64,000 bases of DNA. Origin: Omnitrophica WOR_2 bacterium GWF2_43_52. GTDB lineage: Bacteria > Omnitrophota > Gorgyraeia > Gygaellales > UBA12090. Shown here one piece after another: positions 27,516-37,337 of this stretch. The first letter of the stretch is position 1, and each line of letters starts with the position of its first letter. A program made the translations under genes and the position numbers. The notes below the pieces were generated by a model that did not search any database, was not told the origin of the DNA, and worked only from the letters and a program-made list of their open reading frames with translations. Location: positions 102,451-166,450 of the forward strand of contig MHGF01000034.1 of assembly GCA_001805445.1 (NCBI GenBank). The letters are read 5' to 3'.

Positions 27516-29549
27516 GTGAAGGTTACCTATAATTGGTTAAAAGATTTTGTGGATATCACGCTTAAACCTGAGGCGTTAGCGGATAAGCTGACAATGGCGG
27601 GTTTAGAAGTTAAGGCTATAGATGCCTTTGACGATGACTTTGTCTTTGAAATTGAAATTACCTCAAACCGCCCGGATTGGCTTTCGGTTATTGGTATTGC
27701 CAGGGAAATAGCGGCGATAACGGGGAAGAAACTGAAGATTGCAAAAACACGAAGGACGATGGACGAAGGACGAAGGACGAAGGACGATGGACGATGGACG
27801 GTTACTATTGAAGACAAAGCCGCCTGCCCATTCTATTCGGCGCGGATAATTCGTGATGTTAAGGTTGAGCCTTCGCCTACGTGGATGGTAAAGCGGCTTC
27901 AGGCAATAGGGTTGCGGCCGGTAAATAACATTGTTGATATCACTAATTATGTCTTGTTTACTACGGGACAGCCGCTTCATGCCTTTGATGTGGATAAAAT
28001 AAATAGTCACCACGTCACCGCGTCACCACGTCACCAGAGAAAGATTATTGTAAGGAGAGCGAGGAACACAGAAGAGATAATTACGATAGATGGCGTAATA
28101 AGAAGGCTTACGCCGGAGATTCTGGTAATCGCGGATGAGAAAAACCCCATTGCCATCGCGGGAATTATGGGGGGGGAAGAGACCGAGGTACATGGGTCTA
28201 CGCGAAATATTCTTTTAGAAAGCGCGTATTTTTCGCCGCTGGTAACGCGCGGCGCGAGCCGTTTGCTTGGGATTTCCAGCGATTCTTCCTATCGTTTTGA
28301 GCGCTCAGTTGATAAAGCCAGTGTTGTTGAAAATTCAGATTACGCGGCAAAGCTTATTATTACGCATGCCGGAGGTGAATTGGGTGAGCTCTATAAGGCG
28401 GGATCTCCGAAAACACAAAAGAAAATAATTACTTTTAATGTTTCAAGTGTCAAAAGATTATTAGGCCAAGAGATAGCTCTTTCAAAAGTTAAATCTATTT
28501 TTAAGGCATTAGAGTTTAAGGTAGCGGCATCGGGAAAAAACGTTCTGAAAATAGAGGTTCCCGCGTTTCGCCAGGACGTAACAAGCGAAATCGATGTGAT
28601 TGAAGAAGTCTGCCGTATCGCAGGATATGACACTATTCCCTTAAGCATTCCGGCAATAAAGCTATCCGCGCTACAAGAGGATTTGCTTTTAACTATCCAA
28701 GAAAAAATAAGGGAGACGCTCATGGGCGTAGGCGCGCACGAGGTGATTACCTATAGCCTGGTAAGCGAAGAGAGTTTACGGAAAGCAAGGGTTTCATTAG
28801 CCAGCGTGATCCGATTACAAAACCCTTTAAGTATGGAACAGGAAGTTTTGCGGCCTACTCTGTTATGGGGACTGTTGACGAGCCTGCGCTGTAATGTGGA
28901 ATCTGGCAGCAGAAAATGCTCATTTTTTGAGATAGGAGATTGTTTTAATCAAGGGGTTGAATTTCGCGCGTTGGGATTGATTGCCGATGGCCGGGAGCTT
29001 TTAGAGGTAAAAGGTATTGTGGAGTTATTGCTTGAGAAGCTTGGGCTCTGTGGCGTTGAATTTTTTAATAGTATGAATGCAAGCTATAAGGAAGGGCAAA
29101 CCGCGGGTATTCGTATTGGGGATAAGGAAATCGGGACTATCGGCAGGGTAAAAGAAGAAATCCTAGCTGATTGTAAAATAGATTTAGCCAATATTATTGC
29201 CGCGGAGCTTAATCTGGAGAATCTAAAGCCGTTTGTAAATTTTCAGAAGATATACGGGGGGCTGCCTATCTATCCTTCGGTTACGCGCGATATAAGCCTG
29301 GTGATCAATGAAGGGATAGTGTATCAAAAAATTGTGGGTGCTATTGACGCTTTGTCTCTGGAAAATCTTGAACACATACGCTACAAAGGCCTTTACCGCT
29401 CTGAAGAAATCGGAAAGGGGAAAAAGTCGCTTACGCTATCCTTGGAATTCCGTTCTCCGGAAAGAACGCTCACCGATGCCGAAGTTAACGCCTATTTAGA
29501 AGAAATAATCCGGAAACTTTCCCTAGAATTACAGGCGGTAATCCGGTAA
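27516..29549 (+). CDS. pheT: Phenylalanine--tRNA ligase beta subunit
   Basis: MKVTYNWLKDFVDI...; B3/B4, B5 and anticodon-binding domains. Two in-frame repeat inserts. Confidence 0.9.
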   Translation: MKVTYNWLKDFVDITLKPEALADKLTMAGLEVKAIDAFDDDFVFEIEITSNRPDWLSVIGIAREIAAITGKKLKIAKTRRTMDEGRRTKDDGRWTVTIEDKAACPFYSARIIRDVKVEPSPTWMVKRLQAIGLRPVNNIVDITNYVLFTTGQPLHAFDVDKINSHHVTASPRHQRKIIVRRARNTEEIITIDGVIRRLTPEILVIADEKNPIAIAGIMGGEETEVHGSTRNILLESAYFSPLVTRGASRLLGISSDSSYRFERSVDKASVVENSDYAAKLIITHAGGELGELYKAGSPKTQKKIITFNVSSVKRLLGQEIALSKVKSIFKALEFKVAASGKNVLKIEVPAFRQDVTSEIDVIEEVCRIAGYDTIPLSIPAIKLSALQEDLLLTIQEKIRETLMGVGAHEVITYSLVSEESLRKARVSLASVIRLQNPLSMEQEVLRPTLLWGLLTSLRCNVESGSRKCSFFEIGDCFNQGVEFRALGLIADGRELLEVKGIVELLLEKLGLCGVEFFNSMNASYKEGQTAGIRIGDKEIGTIGRVKEEILADCKIDLANIIAAELNLENLKPFVNFQKIYGGLPIYPSVTRDISLVINEGIVYQKIVGAIDALSLENLEHIRYKGLYRSEEIGKGKKSLTLSLEFRSPERTLTDAEVNAYLEEIIRKLSLELQAVIR

Positions 29550-29837
29550 AAGGATAGTTTCTTAAGTTTGTCGTAACTTTTGAGTTAAAATATAGTTTTA
29601 AATAATCCTGTATTTTTAGATAATCGGATTCAGGCGGATGGTTACGGATGCCGCGGAAAAAAAGAATCTGTCCGCATTCGCTATAATCCGTTTGTATTCG
29701 TGCTATTGAATCAACGCGCAAAAATCTATCCGAACTCATTGGTAAACAAAGTATTACAAAAAATGCTTGCAACAAAGTCGGGAGAGATTCGGTAAAAGCG
29801 CTTGATTTTTTTTGATTTCGGTGCTATACTTAAATAG

Positions 29838-30016
29838 TAATAAAGAAATGTCTTTTTCCCTGCCGTGTGCGTCAGGACTAGGAAATGGTTGAACCAACAC
29901 TTTTTACACGGGAGCTCAAACTCTCTTGGTAAGCCATCGCGCTTCCTCGAGGAGGCACCCACTTGTGAACAAGGTTCACGCAATCGGTCCGACGGCAATG
30001 CGCGGGGATTTTTTTT
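29838..30016 (+). ncRNA. Candidate ~180-nt small RNA with its own promoter and T-run terminator (unclassified)
   Basis: Promoter TTGATT-16-TATACT at 29803-29830; the putative 5' end (CCCUGC) can pair with the 3' end (GCGGGG) before UUUUUUUU at 30009-30016; no credible ORF. Confidence 0.3.
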
Positions 30017-30042
30017 GAGCCGCGAATTTACGCGAATAAAAG

Positions 30043-31398
30043 ATGAGTAAAGATTTAAGCGCGCGAATTTACGCGAATAATAATAACGCAGATTTATTTC
30101 CGAAAGAACAAAACCTTAATCCCACCAAAGACTTGCCTTTAGCGGTGCGCATGCGCCCTAAGAGCCTTGAAGAATATATCGGGCAAAACCATATCCTCGG
30201 TAAAAACAAACTCCTGCGCCGCGCCATAGAATCAGACCGTATCAGCTCGCTTATTCTGTATGGGCCTCCCGGAATTGGGAAAACCTCTCTTGCCTATTGT
30301 ATCGCCTCCGTAACAAAATCAGAATTTATTGCTATTAATGCCACGCTTTCTAACGTGGATGAATTGCGTAAGGTTATTTTCCAGGCGCGCCGGCGCAAGG
30401 CCGCAATGGGAAAAAAGACCATCCTTTTTATCGATGAAATCCACCGTTTTAATAAGGCACAGCAGGATGTGCTTTTGCCGGATGTTGAAGAAAGTAATGT
30501 GGTGTTAATCGGGGCAACGGTGCATAATCCTTTTTTTTCATTAGTAGCGCCCCTTCTTTCCAGAAGCCTCGTCTGCGAGCTAAAGCCGTTAACGGAAGAA
30601 GAAATAAGAGCGATACTCAATAACGCCCTCAAAGACACAGAGAGGGGCCTGGGCTCTCTGAAAATAAATATGCAAAAAGGGGTGTTAGAGTTTTTAAGCA
30701 AGTCCTGTGACGGCGATGCCCGCCGCGCGCTTACCGCGCTTGAAATAGGGGTGCTTACTTCGGCAAAGGATAAAGAAGGTGTTGTCAATTTTGATCTGTC
30801 GGCCGCGCAAGAATCCATCCAGAAGAAAATTGTCGTCTATGACCACGATGAGGACGCTCACTACGATACGGCATCCGCCTTTATTAAAAGTATGCGCGGC
30901 TCTGACCCTGACGCGACACTCTATTGGCTTGCCAAGATGCTTTACGCGGGCGAGGACCCGCGGTTTATTGCCCGCAGGATTTGTATCTGTGCCAGTGAAG
31001 ATGTGGGCAATGCCGATCCCCAGGCATTAGTTTTAGCCAGTGCCGCGTTACAGGTTTCAGAATTTGTCGGCTTACCCGAATGCCGCATTCCTTTAGCCCA
31101 GGCGGCCGTGTATGTTGCCTGCGCGCCGAAATCTAACGCGGCATACCTGGGAATTGAAAAGGCAAGCAAGGACGTCTCCGAAAACCGCCTTCAGGAAGTG
31201 CCCGCGCATTTAAAAGATACCCACTATAGCGGCGCGGATAAATTAGGCCATGGCAAGGGTTACAAATACACCCATGAATATCCTGAACATTATGTCAAGC
31301 AGGAGTATATGCCATCCAAAACTAAATACTACGAACCAACCGATATCGGCTATGAAGCGAAGATAAAGGAGAGATTGGAGAAGTTAAGAAGAAAGTAA
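30043..31398 (+). CDS. rarA: Replication-associated recombination protein A (AAA+ ATPase)
   Basis: LILYGPPGIGKTSLA Walker A; MgsA C-terminal domain. Confidence 0.85.
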   Translation: MSKDLSARIYANNNNADLFPKEQNLNPTKDLPLAVRMRPKSLEEYIGQNHILGKNKLLRRAIESDRISSLILYGPPGIGKTSLAYCIASVTKSEFIAINATLSNVDELRKVIFQARRRKAAMGKKTILFIDEIHRFNKAQQDVLLPDVEESNVVLIGATVHNPFFSLVAPLLSRSLVCELKPLTEEEIRAILNNALKDTERGLGSLKINMQKGVLEFLSKSCDGDARRALTALEIGVLTSAKDKEGVVNFDLSAAQESIQKKIVVYDHDEDAHYDTASAFIKSMRGSDPDATLYWLAKMLYAGEDPRFIARRICICASEDVGNADPQALVLASAALQVSEFVGLPECRIPLAQAAVYVACAPKSNAAYLGIEKASKDVSENRLQEVPAHLKDTHYSGADKLGHGKGYKYTHEYPEHYVKQEYMPSKTKYYEPTDIGYEAKIKERLEKLRRK

Positions 31399-31399
31399 T

Positions 31400-31438
31400 C
31401 CACACCTACGCGGTGTGTTTCACACCGCGTAGGTGTGG
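31400..31438. terminator. Perfect 17-bp-stem hairpin after rarA
   Basis: ccacacctacgcggtgtg tttc acaccgcgtaggtgtgg. Confidence 0.5.
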
Positions 31439-31586
31439 CTGCTACCGTTGCGAAAAATAACGTGTTCCTTTGTTGATTTTTTGGTATACTGCTACGTCAG
31501 CCGGTTGTTTAGCTCACTAGCTCTTTAGCTGATTAGCTAACGAGCTCAACAGCTAATGTTAAAATATAATAGAGCATTCCCGTTAT

Positions 31587-32435
31587 ATGGATAAAATTAT
31601 TACAGAAAAAATTGATTTGCTGAAGGCCTATTTTTCAAAACGGCAGGAAGTGGCTATGGCATTTGTTTTTGGCTCTTATGCTGCCGGCCAGGCAACTTCT
31701 GAGTCAGATGTTGATATAGCGGTGTATTTCAGGCCTCAAGGCAGGTCTTTAGAATGGGAAGAAACAAACACCTACGAAAGCGAAGATGAAATCTGGTCTG
31801 ATGTGGAAAGGATTGCGGGGATAAAGACGGATTTGGTTGTTTTAAATCGTGCCCCCGCGGTGCTCGCCGCATCTATTTTAGAGAATGGCCTGGCGCTCAT
31901 TATAAAAGATGCAGCTTTGTATTTAAGGCTTTTACTCTCTCTAAGTTCGGCGGCTGAATATTTCCGGGATTTTGTGGAGGATTTCTGGAGGATAAAACAG
32001 CGTTCCCAATCTTTAAGCGGTATTGATAAAGAGCGGTTGATTAGAATCGCGGACTTCCTGGAAACAGAATTGGGGGAGTATTCTAAGTTTGGCGGTTTAC
32101 TGCGAGAGGATTATGAAAATAATTCTGATTTAAGAAGAAATGTTGAGCGATGGGTGGAAAATATTGTGAACGCCTCAATAGATAGCGCTAAAATACTGCT
32201 TGCCTCAGAAAAAAAACGTATCCCTCAAACCTACCGGGAAATCTTAGAAGAGTTATTTTTGCTTCCTGACTTTGACAGCCCGGCCGCAAAAAAACTGGGG
32301 CAGTTTGCAAAATTACGAAATATTTTAGCACACGAGTATGTAGATATCCGCTTTACTCAAATCAAGGTTTTTATCCAGGATTCAGAGCCCGCGTATAAAG
32401 CATTGCTTGATTTTGTCAAGAAACGCGTAGGCTAA
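31587..32435 (+). CDS. Fused nucleotidyltransferase (MNT)–HEPN(DUF86-like) protein
   Basis: N-terminal FVFGSYAAGQATSESDVDIAVYF; C-terminal KLRNILAHEYVDI (R-X4-HXY HEPN motif). Confidence 0.6.
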   Translation: MDKIITEKIDLLKAYFSKRQEVAMAFVFGSYAAGQATSESDVDIAVYFRPQGRSLEWEETNTYESEDEIWSDVERIAGIKTDLVVLNRAPAVLAASILENGLALIIKDAALYLRLLLSLSSAAEYFRDFVEDFWRIKQRSQSLSGIDKERLIRIADFLETELGEYSKFGGLLREDYENNSDLRRNVERWVENIVNASIDSAKILLASEKKRIPQTYREILEELFLLPDFDSPAAKKLGQFAKLRNILAHEYVDIRFTQIKVFIQDSEPAYKALLDFVKKRVG

Positions 32436-32461
32436 GGAGCGTTAAACAAAAGGAGGATTTT

Positions 32462-33139
32462 ATGCCATTTGTAAAAATATGCCTTTTCATTATTCTTCAT
32501 CTTGCATTTTTCTTCTCTCTTTCTTTCGCCCAGACCACGGAAACCATACAAATTGATACCTATTATCCGGCGCCGTATGGGGTATATGCCGAATTGACTA
32601 CTACTTCCAATACGTATTTAGCTACTGAAGGTGGAAATGTGGGGATAGGGACGACCGCTCCCAATCCCTTTTCAAAATTACATATAGAGTCAAATAGCGA
32701 TTACCCATTATATATACATGGGAATATAAATGCGGGAATAGGCCCTTATATATACAATGAAGGAGGAACCGCAGAAATAAATATGGTTTCAAATGATAAT
32801 GATTGGAGGATTAGAGCAGCTGGTTCAGGAACTCCAAATCCCGGTGAACTTCTTTTTCAAGATGTAAGTTCAAGCACAAATGCGATGGTGATAGTTGATG
32901 GCACTAATCGTGTCGGTATTGGGATAGACGATCCCCAGGCGAAATTGCATGTAAACGGTGTAATTTATGCTGAGGGCATTGGTAATGCAGGCACAAGGGT
33001 GTGGCGAGACGTAAATACTCTTGATTCTCCAAAATGGGGGGATAGATGGTTGTGGTGTAATGATGACGAGATCATGACAGGTTTTTATTATAATCCTGAT
33101 GACTGGAACATTCGAATTCAATGCAAGAGATTACGCTAA
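32462..33139 (+). CDS. Secreted protein with GxVGIG...KLHV repeats
   Basis: Signal peptide, then repeats GNVGIGTTAPNPFSKLHI / NRVGIGIDDPQAKLHVNG. Confidence 0.5.
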   Translation: MPFVKICLFIILHLAFFFSLSFAQTTETIQIDTYYPAPYGVYAELTTTSNTYLATEGGNVGIGTTAPNPFSKLHIESNSDYPLYIHGNINAGIGPYIYNEGGTAEINMVSNDNDWRIRAAGSGTPNPGELLFQDVSSSTNAMVIVDGTNRVGIGIDDPQAKLHVNGVIYAEGIGNAGTRVWRDVNTLDSPKWGDRWLWCNDDEIMTGFYYNPDDWNIRIQCKRLR

Positions 33140-33472
33140 AACATAAATATGGTTAACTTTACTTTCTCTCTGAGTTTTGCAAGAAATAGTTATCCTCTAA
33201 GGAGAGGCTTTATAATGAGTTAGTTAATGGGGGCATTTATGGTTGTTCGCTCGCAATGACGATTTTAGAATTTCCTTCGTTCACTAACCTGTTACTAATC
33301 CTTCCATATTTTTCTTGAGTTTAGCCTTAAAGCGTGCTAAAATTTTAGTGAGAACATTCTGGCGTTTTGCCTAGGTTTGGCTGAATTTACCTGTTGTATG
33401 CTAATAATGTCCCTCGCGTGCGCTCGGGATCAATTTACCGAGTGTAAAAAAGAGGGTAAATTGAGAGGCACT

Positions 33473-34126
33473 ATGATTGTTACCAAGCGAAAACCTTTAG
33501 AGGAAATTACTGGTTTCCTTAAAGGACAAGATAAAGTATTTATAGTCGGCTGTGGGGAGTGTTCAACGACCTGCCATACCGGTGGTGAAAAGGAAGTTGT
33601 GGAGATGAAGCAGTATTTGGAAAGCCAGGGTAAAAAGGTTACCGGCTGGGTAATTCCCAATGCTCCCTGTATTGCCGCCCAGACCAAAACCGCCTTTGCC
33701 CAAAATATGCCGGCGTTAAAAGATACTCAGGCGATTCTGGTTATGTCCTGTGGTTTAGGGGTGCAGTCGGTAAAAGCATGTGACCGTATGGGATTAGAGG
33801 TTTTACCTGCCTGCGATTCTCTGTTTGGAACACTGATGGATGCCAAGGGTAATTTTCACGAAGTCTGCTCTAATTGCGGCGAGTGCGTTCTGGATAAGAC
33901 CGGTTGTATCTGTCCGATTACCCGCTGTCCCAAGGGGTTGCTTAACGGCCCCTGCGGCGGTGTTATTAAAGGCAAGTGCGAAGTGGATAGAGAAAGAGAT
34001 TGTGCCTGGGTTTTGATTTATAAGGAATTGGAAAAAAAAGGGCAATTAGATAAAATCAAGGAACTCTCTAAGCCTAAGGACTACAGCAAAACGACGAAGC
34101 CCCATAAGATGTTAGTTAATGGGTGA
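33473..34126 (+). CDS. Cys-rich MTHFR_C-domain protein (MetV-like)
   Basis: CGECSTTCHTGG and CPKGLLNGPCGG...GKCEV motifs. Track ORF starts at 33377; ATG with RBS at 33473. Confidence 0.45.
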   Translation: MIVTKRKPLEEITGFLKGQDKVFIVGCGECSTTCHTGGEKEVVEMKQYLESQGKKVTGWVIPNAPCIAAQTKTAFAQNMPALKDTQAILVMSCGLGVQSVKACDRMGLEVLPACDSLFGTLMDAKGNFHEVCSNCGECVLDKTGCICPITRCPKGLLNGPCGGVIKGKCEVDRERDCAWVLIYKELEKKGQLDKIKELSKPKDYSKTTKPHKMLVNG

Positions 34127-34182
34127 GCGGGTTAACGGGTTTGCGGGTTGCGATTGTATTTTCAGGAGCGAAACGAGGTATA

Positions 34183-34566
34183 ATGGAACAAGCATATAGT
34201 GAAAAAGTAATGGATCATTTCCTGCATCCGCGTAATATCGGCGAAATTCCCGATGCCAGCGGTATCGGGAATGTGGGTAATCCCGTCTGCGGGGATATCA
34301 TGAGGTTATACATTAAAGTGGAAAGCGGCGTCATTATTGATGTCAAGTTTAAGACCTTTGGCTGTGGCGCGGCCATCTCCACCAGTTCTATGGTAACCGA
34401 AATGGTTAAAGGCAAGACTATCAATGAGGCTTTGGCGATTACCAATAAAGCCGTTGCCGAAGCACTCGGCGGCCTGCCGGCTATAAAGATGCATTGTTCG
34501 GTCTTGGCAGAGGAAGCGCTTAAGTCGGCAATTGAAGATTATAAGAAAAAGCAAGAGTTGAAGTAA
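34183..34566 (+). CDS. iscU: Fe-S cluster assembly scaffold IscU/NifU-like
   Basis: HPRNIGEIPDASGIGNVGNPVCGDIMRLYIKV...FKTFGCGAAISTSS. Confidence 0.8.
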   Translation: MEQAYSEKVMDHFLHPRNIGEIPDASGIGNVGNPVCGDIMRLYIKVESGVIIDVKFKTFGCGAAISTSSMVTEMVKGKTINEALAITNKAVAEALGGLPAIKMHCSVLAEEALKSAIEDYKKKQELK

Positions 34567-35129
34567 TGTATGGAGCATCAGATAAGCAGGAACTACGGAA
34601 ATTGATGGCAACTAAATTGAAAAATCAGAAGGAGGAGTCGGTCAGAAGAAGTTCTCTGAAAATAAAGGAGAAACTTTTTAAACTTAAAGTATTTAAGCAG
34701 GCAAAAACAATCATGTTTTATTGCGCGCTTAGTTCTGAGGTTCAGACCCGGCTGATGATGGAAGAGGCATTTACCTTAGGGAAAAAAATCGCGGTTCCAA
34801 TAGCTGATATAAAGGCAAAGAAAATAACCCCTTGTTTGGTGACAGGGGTAGCGACAAATAATTTCAGGAAGGGAGCATACTCTATTGATGAACCTTGTTG
34901 TAAAAAGCCCATAGATCCTAAGGCGATTGATTTGTGTATCGTCCCCGGATTGGCCTTTGATACAAAGGGAAACCGTTTAGGCCGCGGCATGGGTTATTAT
35001 GACAGGTTTTTAAGTCTGCTTCCTGAGAGCATTCCTAAAATCGGCTTAGCCTTTAGATTTCAGGTCCTTAAGCATCTTCCTCATTGCCTGCCTCACGATA
35101 TACGCGTTAATAAAGTCCTTTTTGCCTAA
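34566..35129 (+). CDS. 5-formyltetrahydrofolate cyclo-ligase
   Basis: ...DLCIVPGLAFDTKGNRLGRGMGYYDRFL, the MTHFS signature. Confidence 0.8.
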   Translation: MYGASDKQELRKLMATKLKNQKEESVRRSSLKIKEKLFKLKVFKQAKTIMFYCALSSEVQTRLMMEEAFTLGKKIAVPIADIKAKKITPCLVTGVATNNFRKGAYSIDEPCCKKPIDPKAIDLCIVPGLAFDTKGNRLGRGMGYYDRFLSLLPESIPKIGLAFRFQVLKHLPHCLPHDIRVNKVLFA

Positions 35130-35334
35130 AACTACAGAAATAAGTGGCTCTGTGCGCTGGTGTAGCATCACGCAAGCGCGCTGTGATTTTTCAAATTAAT
35201 TACACAGCGTCTTTTGACGGATACTTGATTTTGAGGTTAGTGCACTGTAACGTTAGTTGTTACGAGTTAGATACAGCGCACTAGTGCGCTGTGACATTAG
35301 ATTTTGACATTGCGCTATCATGTTTGAATATAGG

Positions 35335-35510
35335 GCGGAGGTCCTGTCAAGGTTATGTTTTCGCGGGGACGTTCTGCCTGCTCCTGCGGCAGGCCTCACT
35401 CGGCGTAAATTTTCGCGCCCGCCACTAAAAGCGAGGGCGGGTCCAAGCCGCGAAAATTTCCGTACGCCCCGCTCAAACACAACCTTGCCACCCCCGCTGG
35501 CAAGTGAAGT
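35335..35510. repeat. Repeat family B, copy 2 (with ~100-bp internal insertion forming extra hairpins)
   Basis: ggtcctgtcaaggttatgttttcgcgggg...ccccgctcaaacacaaccttgccaccccc. Confidence 0.5.
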
Positions 35511-35667
35511 GTTGCGGATAGCAAGAATTTATGTCACGGAGCACTATAGTATTTACTAGAGGTAAATTAAATAAACGTTAGGACAATAATCCGCAAAATA
35601 CACGCTAAGAGGCAATAGTTACGATTTTAGCATGGCTTTGTGGTTTGATAGCGGAGGAAACTAACCA

Positions 35668-37221
35668 ATGATAATAATGATTATAGCTCCTATTGTTGTA
35701 TTGGCGTCAGCTTTTTTTGGGTATTTTTTAAGGAAGCAGTTGGCAGAGAAAAAGCTTCAGGATGCCGAAGAAAAGGCCCATCAGCTCATTGAGCAGGCAA
35801 AAAGGGAAGCTGACGCCCTGCGCAAGGAACAAGAGCTTGAAGGTAAAGATCTGCTTTTTCGGCTGCGCCAGGAATTTGAGGCTTCGACCCAGGGGCGCCG
35901 TGAAGAATTAACGAACTTGGAAAAACGCCTCAGCGTTAAGGAAGACAATATTGACCGGCGCATGGCGCTGCTTGAGAAAAAGGAAAAGGAATTAGAATCC
36001 CGCCATGAGGCTTTTAGGGCGCAGGAGGAAGCGCTTAAGGCCAAAGATAAACAGCTTGCCGCGTTAATCAATGAAGAAAAAGATCGCCTGCAAAAGATTG
36101 CCAGCCTTACCATGGAAGAGGCAAAGCAGGTGCTTCTTGCCCGTTTATCGGAGGAGTTAAACAACGAAAAGGCGGTTTTAATCAGGAATAGTGAGGAAGA
36201 AATAAAAAGCAGCGCGGAGAAGAAAGCCCGGGAAATCATAAGCCTTGCCATACAACGCTGCGCGGTTGAGCATACGGTTGAGTCTACCGTAAGCGTGGTG
36301 AGCCTTCCCAACGATGAGATGAAAGGCAGGATTATAGGCCGGGAGGGAAGAAATATCAGGGCATTAGAAATGGCTACCGGTATTGATGTGATTATTGACG
36401 ATACTCCTGAGGCAGTGACTATTTCAGGATTTGATCCGGTACGGCGCGAGGTGGCTAAGCTTACTTTGGAAAAACTTATGTTTGACGGCAGGATCCATCC
36501 GGGAAGAATTGAGGAAGTTGCCGAGAAGACCAGGCGCGAGATGGATGATAAGATTAAGGAAGAAGGGGAGCGCGCGGCCTTTGAGATAGGCATACACGGG
36601 CTCCATATAGAGTTAATTAGATTGCTCGGCCGCCTGCGCTATCGTACCAGCTACGGGCAAAATGCCCTTCAGCATTCCAAAGAGGTTGCCTATCTTATGG
36701 GAGTTATGGCTTCGGAATTGAACATGGATTTTCGTATAAGCCGCAGGATTGGCCTCCTTCATGATATTGGTAAGGCCATTGACCATCAGGTTGAAGGGAC
36801 GCACGCGCGCATCGGCGCTGAGCTTGCCAAGAAATACGGCGAAAGTAACGAAGTCATCTCTGCTATCGAATGCCATCATGAAGAGCAAGAAACGAAAAGC
36901 ATCCTTGGGGTCATGGCAATTGCCGCCGATGCCATTAGCGCTGCCCGCCCCGGAGCGCGCCGGGAATCGTTAGAAACCTATGTTAAGCGCTTGAATAAAT
37001 TAGAGTCTATCGCTAATCTCTTTAAAGGTGTCGAGAAATCGTATGCCATACAGGCAGGCCGCGAAATCAGGGTTATCGTGCAGCCGGATAAAATTACGGA
37101 TAATGACGCCGTGACTATGGCCAGGGATCTGCGTAAGAAAATAGAAGAAGGCATGGAGTATCCCGGCCAGATAAAGATTACGGTTATCCGTGAGATGCGG
37201 GCGATAGAGTACGCAAAATAA
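35668..37221 (+). CDS. rny: Ribonuclease Y
   Basis: N-terminal TM plus coiled coil, KH domain (GRIIGREGRNIRALE), HD domain (LLHDIGKA). Confidence 0.9.
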   Translation: MIIMIIAPIVVLASAFFGYFLRKQLAEKKLQDAEEKAHQLIEQAKREADALRKEQELEGKDLLFRLRQEFEASTQGRREELTNLEKRLSVKEDNIDRRMALLEKKEKELESRHEAFRAQEEALKAKDKQLAALINEEKDRLQKIASLTMEEAKQVLLARLSEELNNEKAVLIRNSEEEIKSSAEKKAREIISLAIQRCAVEHTVESTVSVVSLPNDEMKGRIIGREGRNIRALEMATGIDVIIDDTPEAVTISGFDPVRREVAKLTLEKLMFDGRIHPGRIEEVAEKTRREMDDKIKEEGERAAFEIGIHGLHIELIRLLGRLRYRTSYGQNALQHSKEVAYLMGVMASELNMDFRISRRIGLLHDIGKAIDHQVEGTHARIGAELAKKYGESNEVISAIECHHEEQETKSILGVMAIAADAISAARPGARRESLETYVKRLNKLESIANLFKGVEKSYAIQAGREIRVIVQPDKITDNDAVTMARDLRKKIEEGMEYPGQIKITVIREMRAIEYAK

Positions 37222-37337
37222 ATTAGTGTAATGTGTAAAGGAACCAATGACGTAGGGGCGGGGTTTCCCCGCCTTAATGATGACAAAGGGCGCGGAGACC
37301 GCGCCCCTACATTCGTTACATATTACACAGAATAAAG

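Noticed and set aside
26795-28040. CRISPR array interpretation of the GTCACCA/GGACGAA tandem repeats
   Set aside because: Units are 7-8 nt and directly abutting with no spacers; they lie inside coding sequences and keep the reading frame.
30294-30818. 174-aa minus-strand ORF inside rarA
   Set aside because: Antisense to a well-supported AAA+ gene.
35781-36593. 270-aa minus-strand ORF rich in Ser/Arg
   Set aside because: Lies entirely antisense within rny, whose KH/HD domains are unambiguous; this is a GC-skew artefact ORF.
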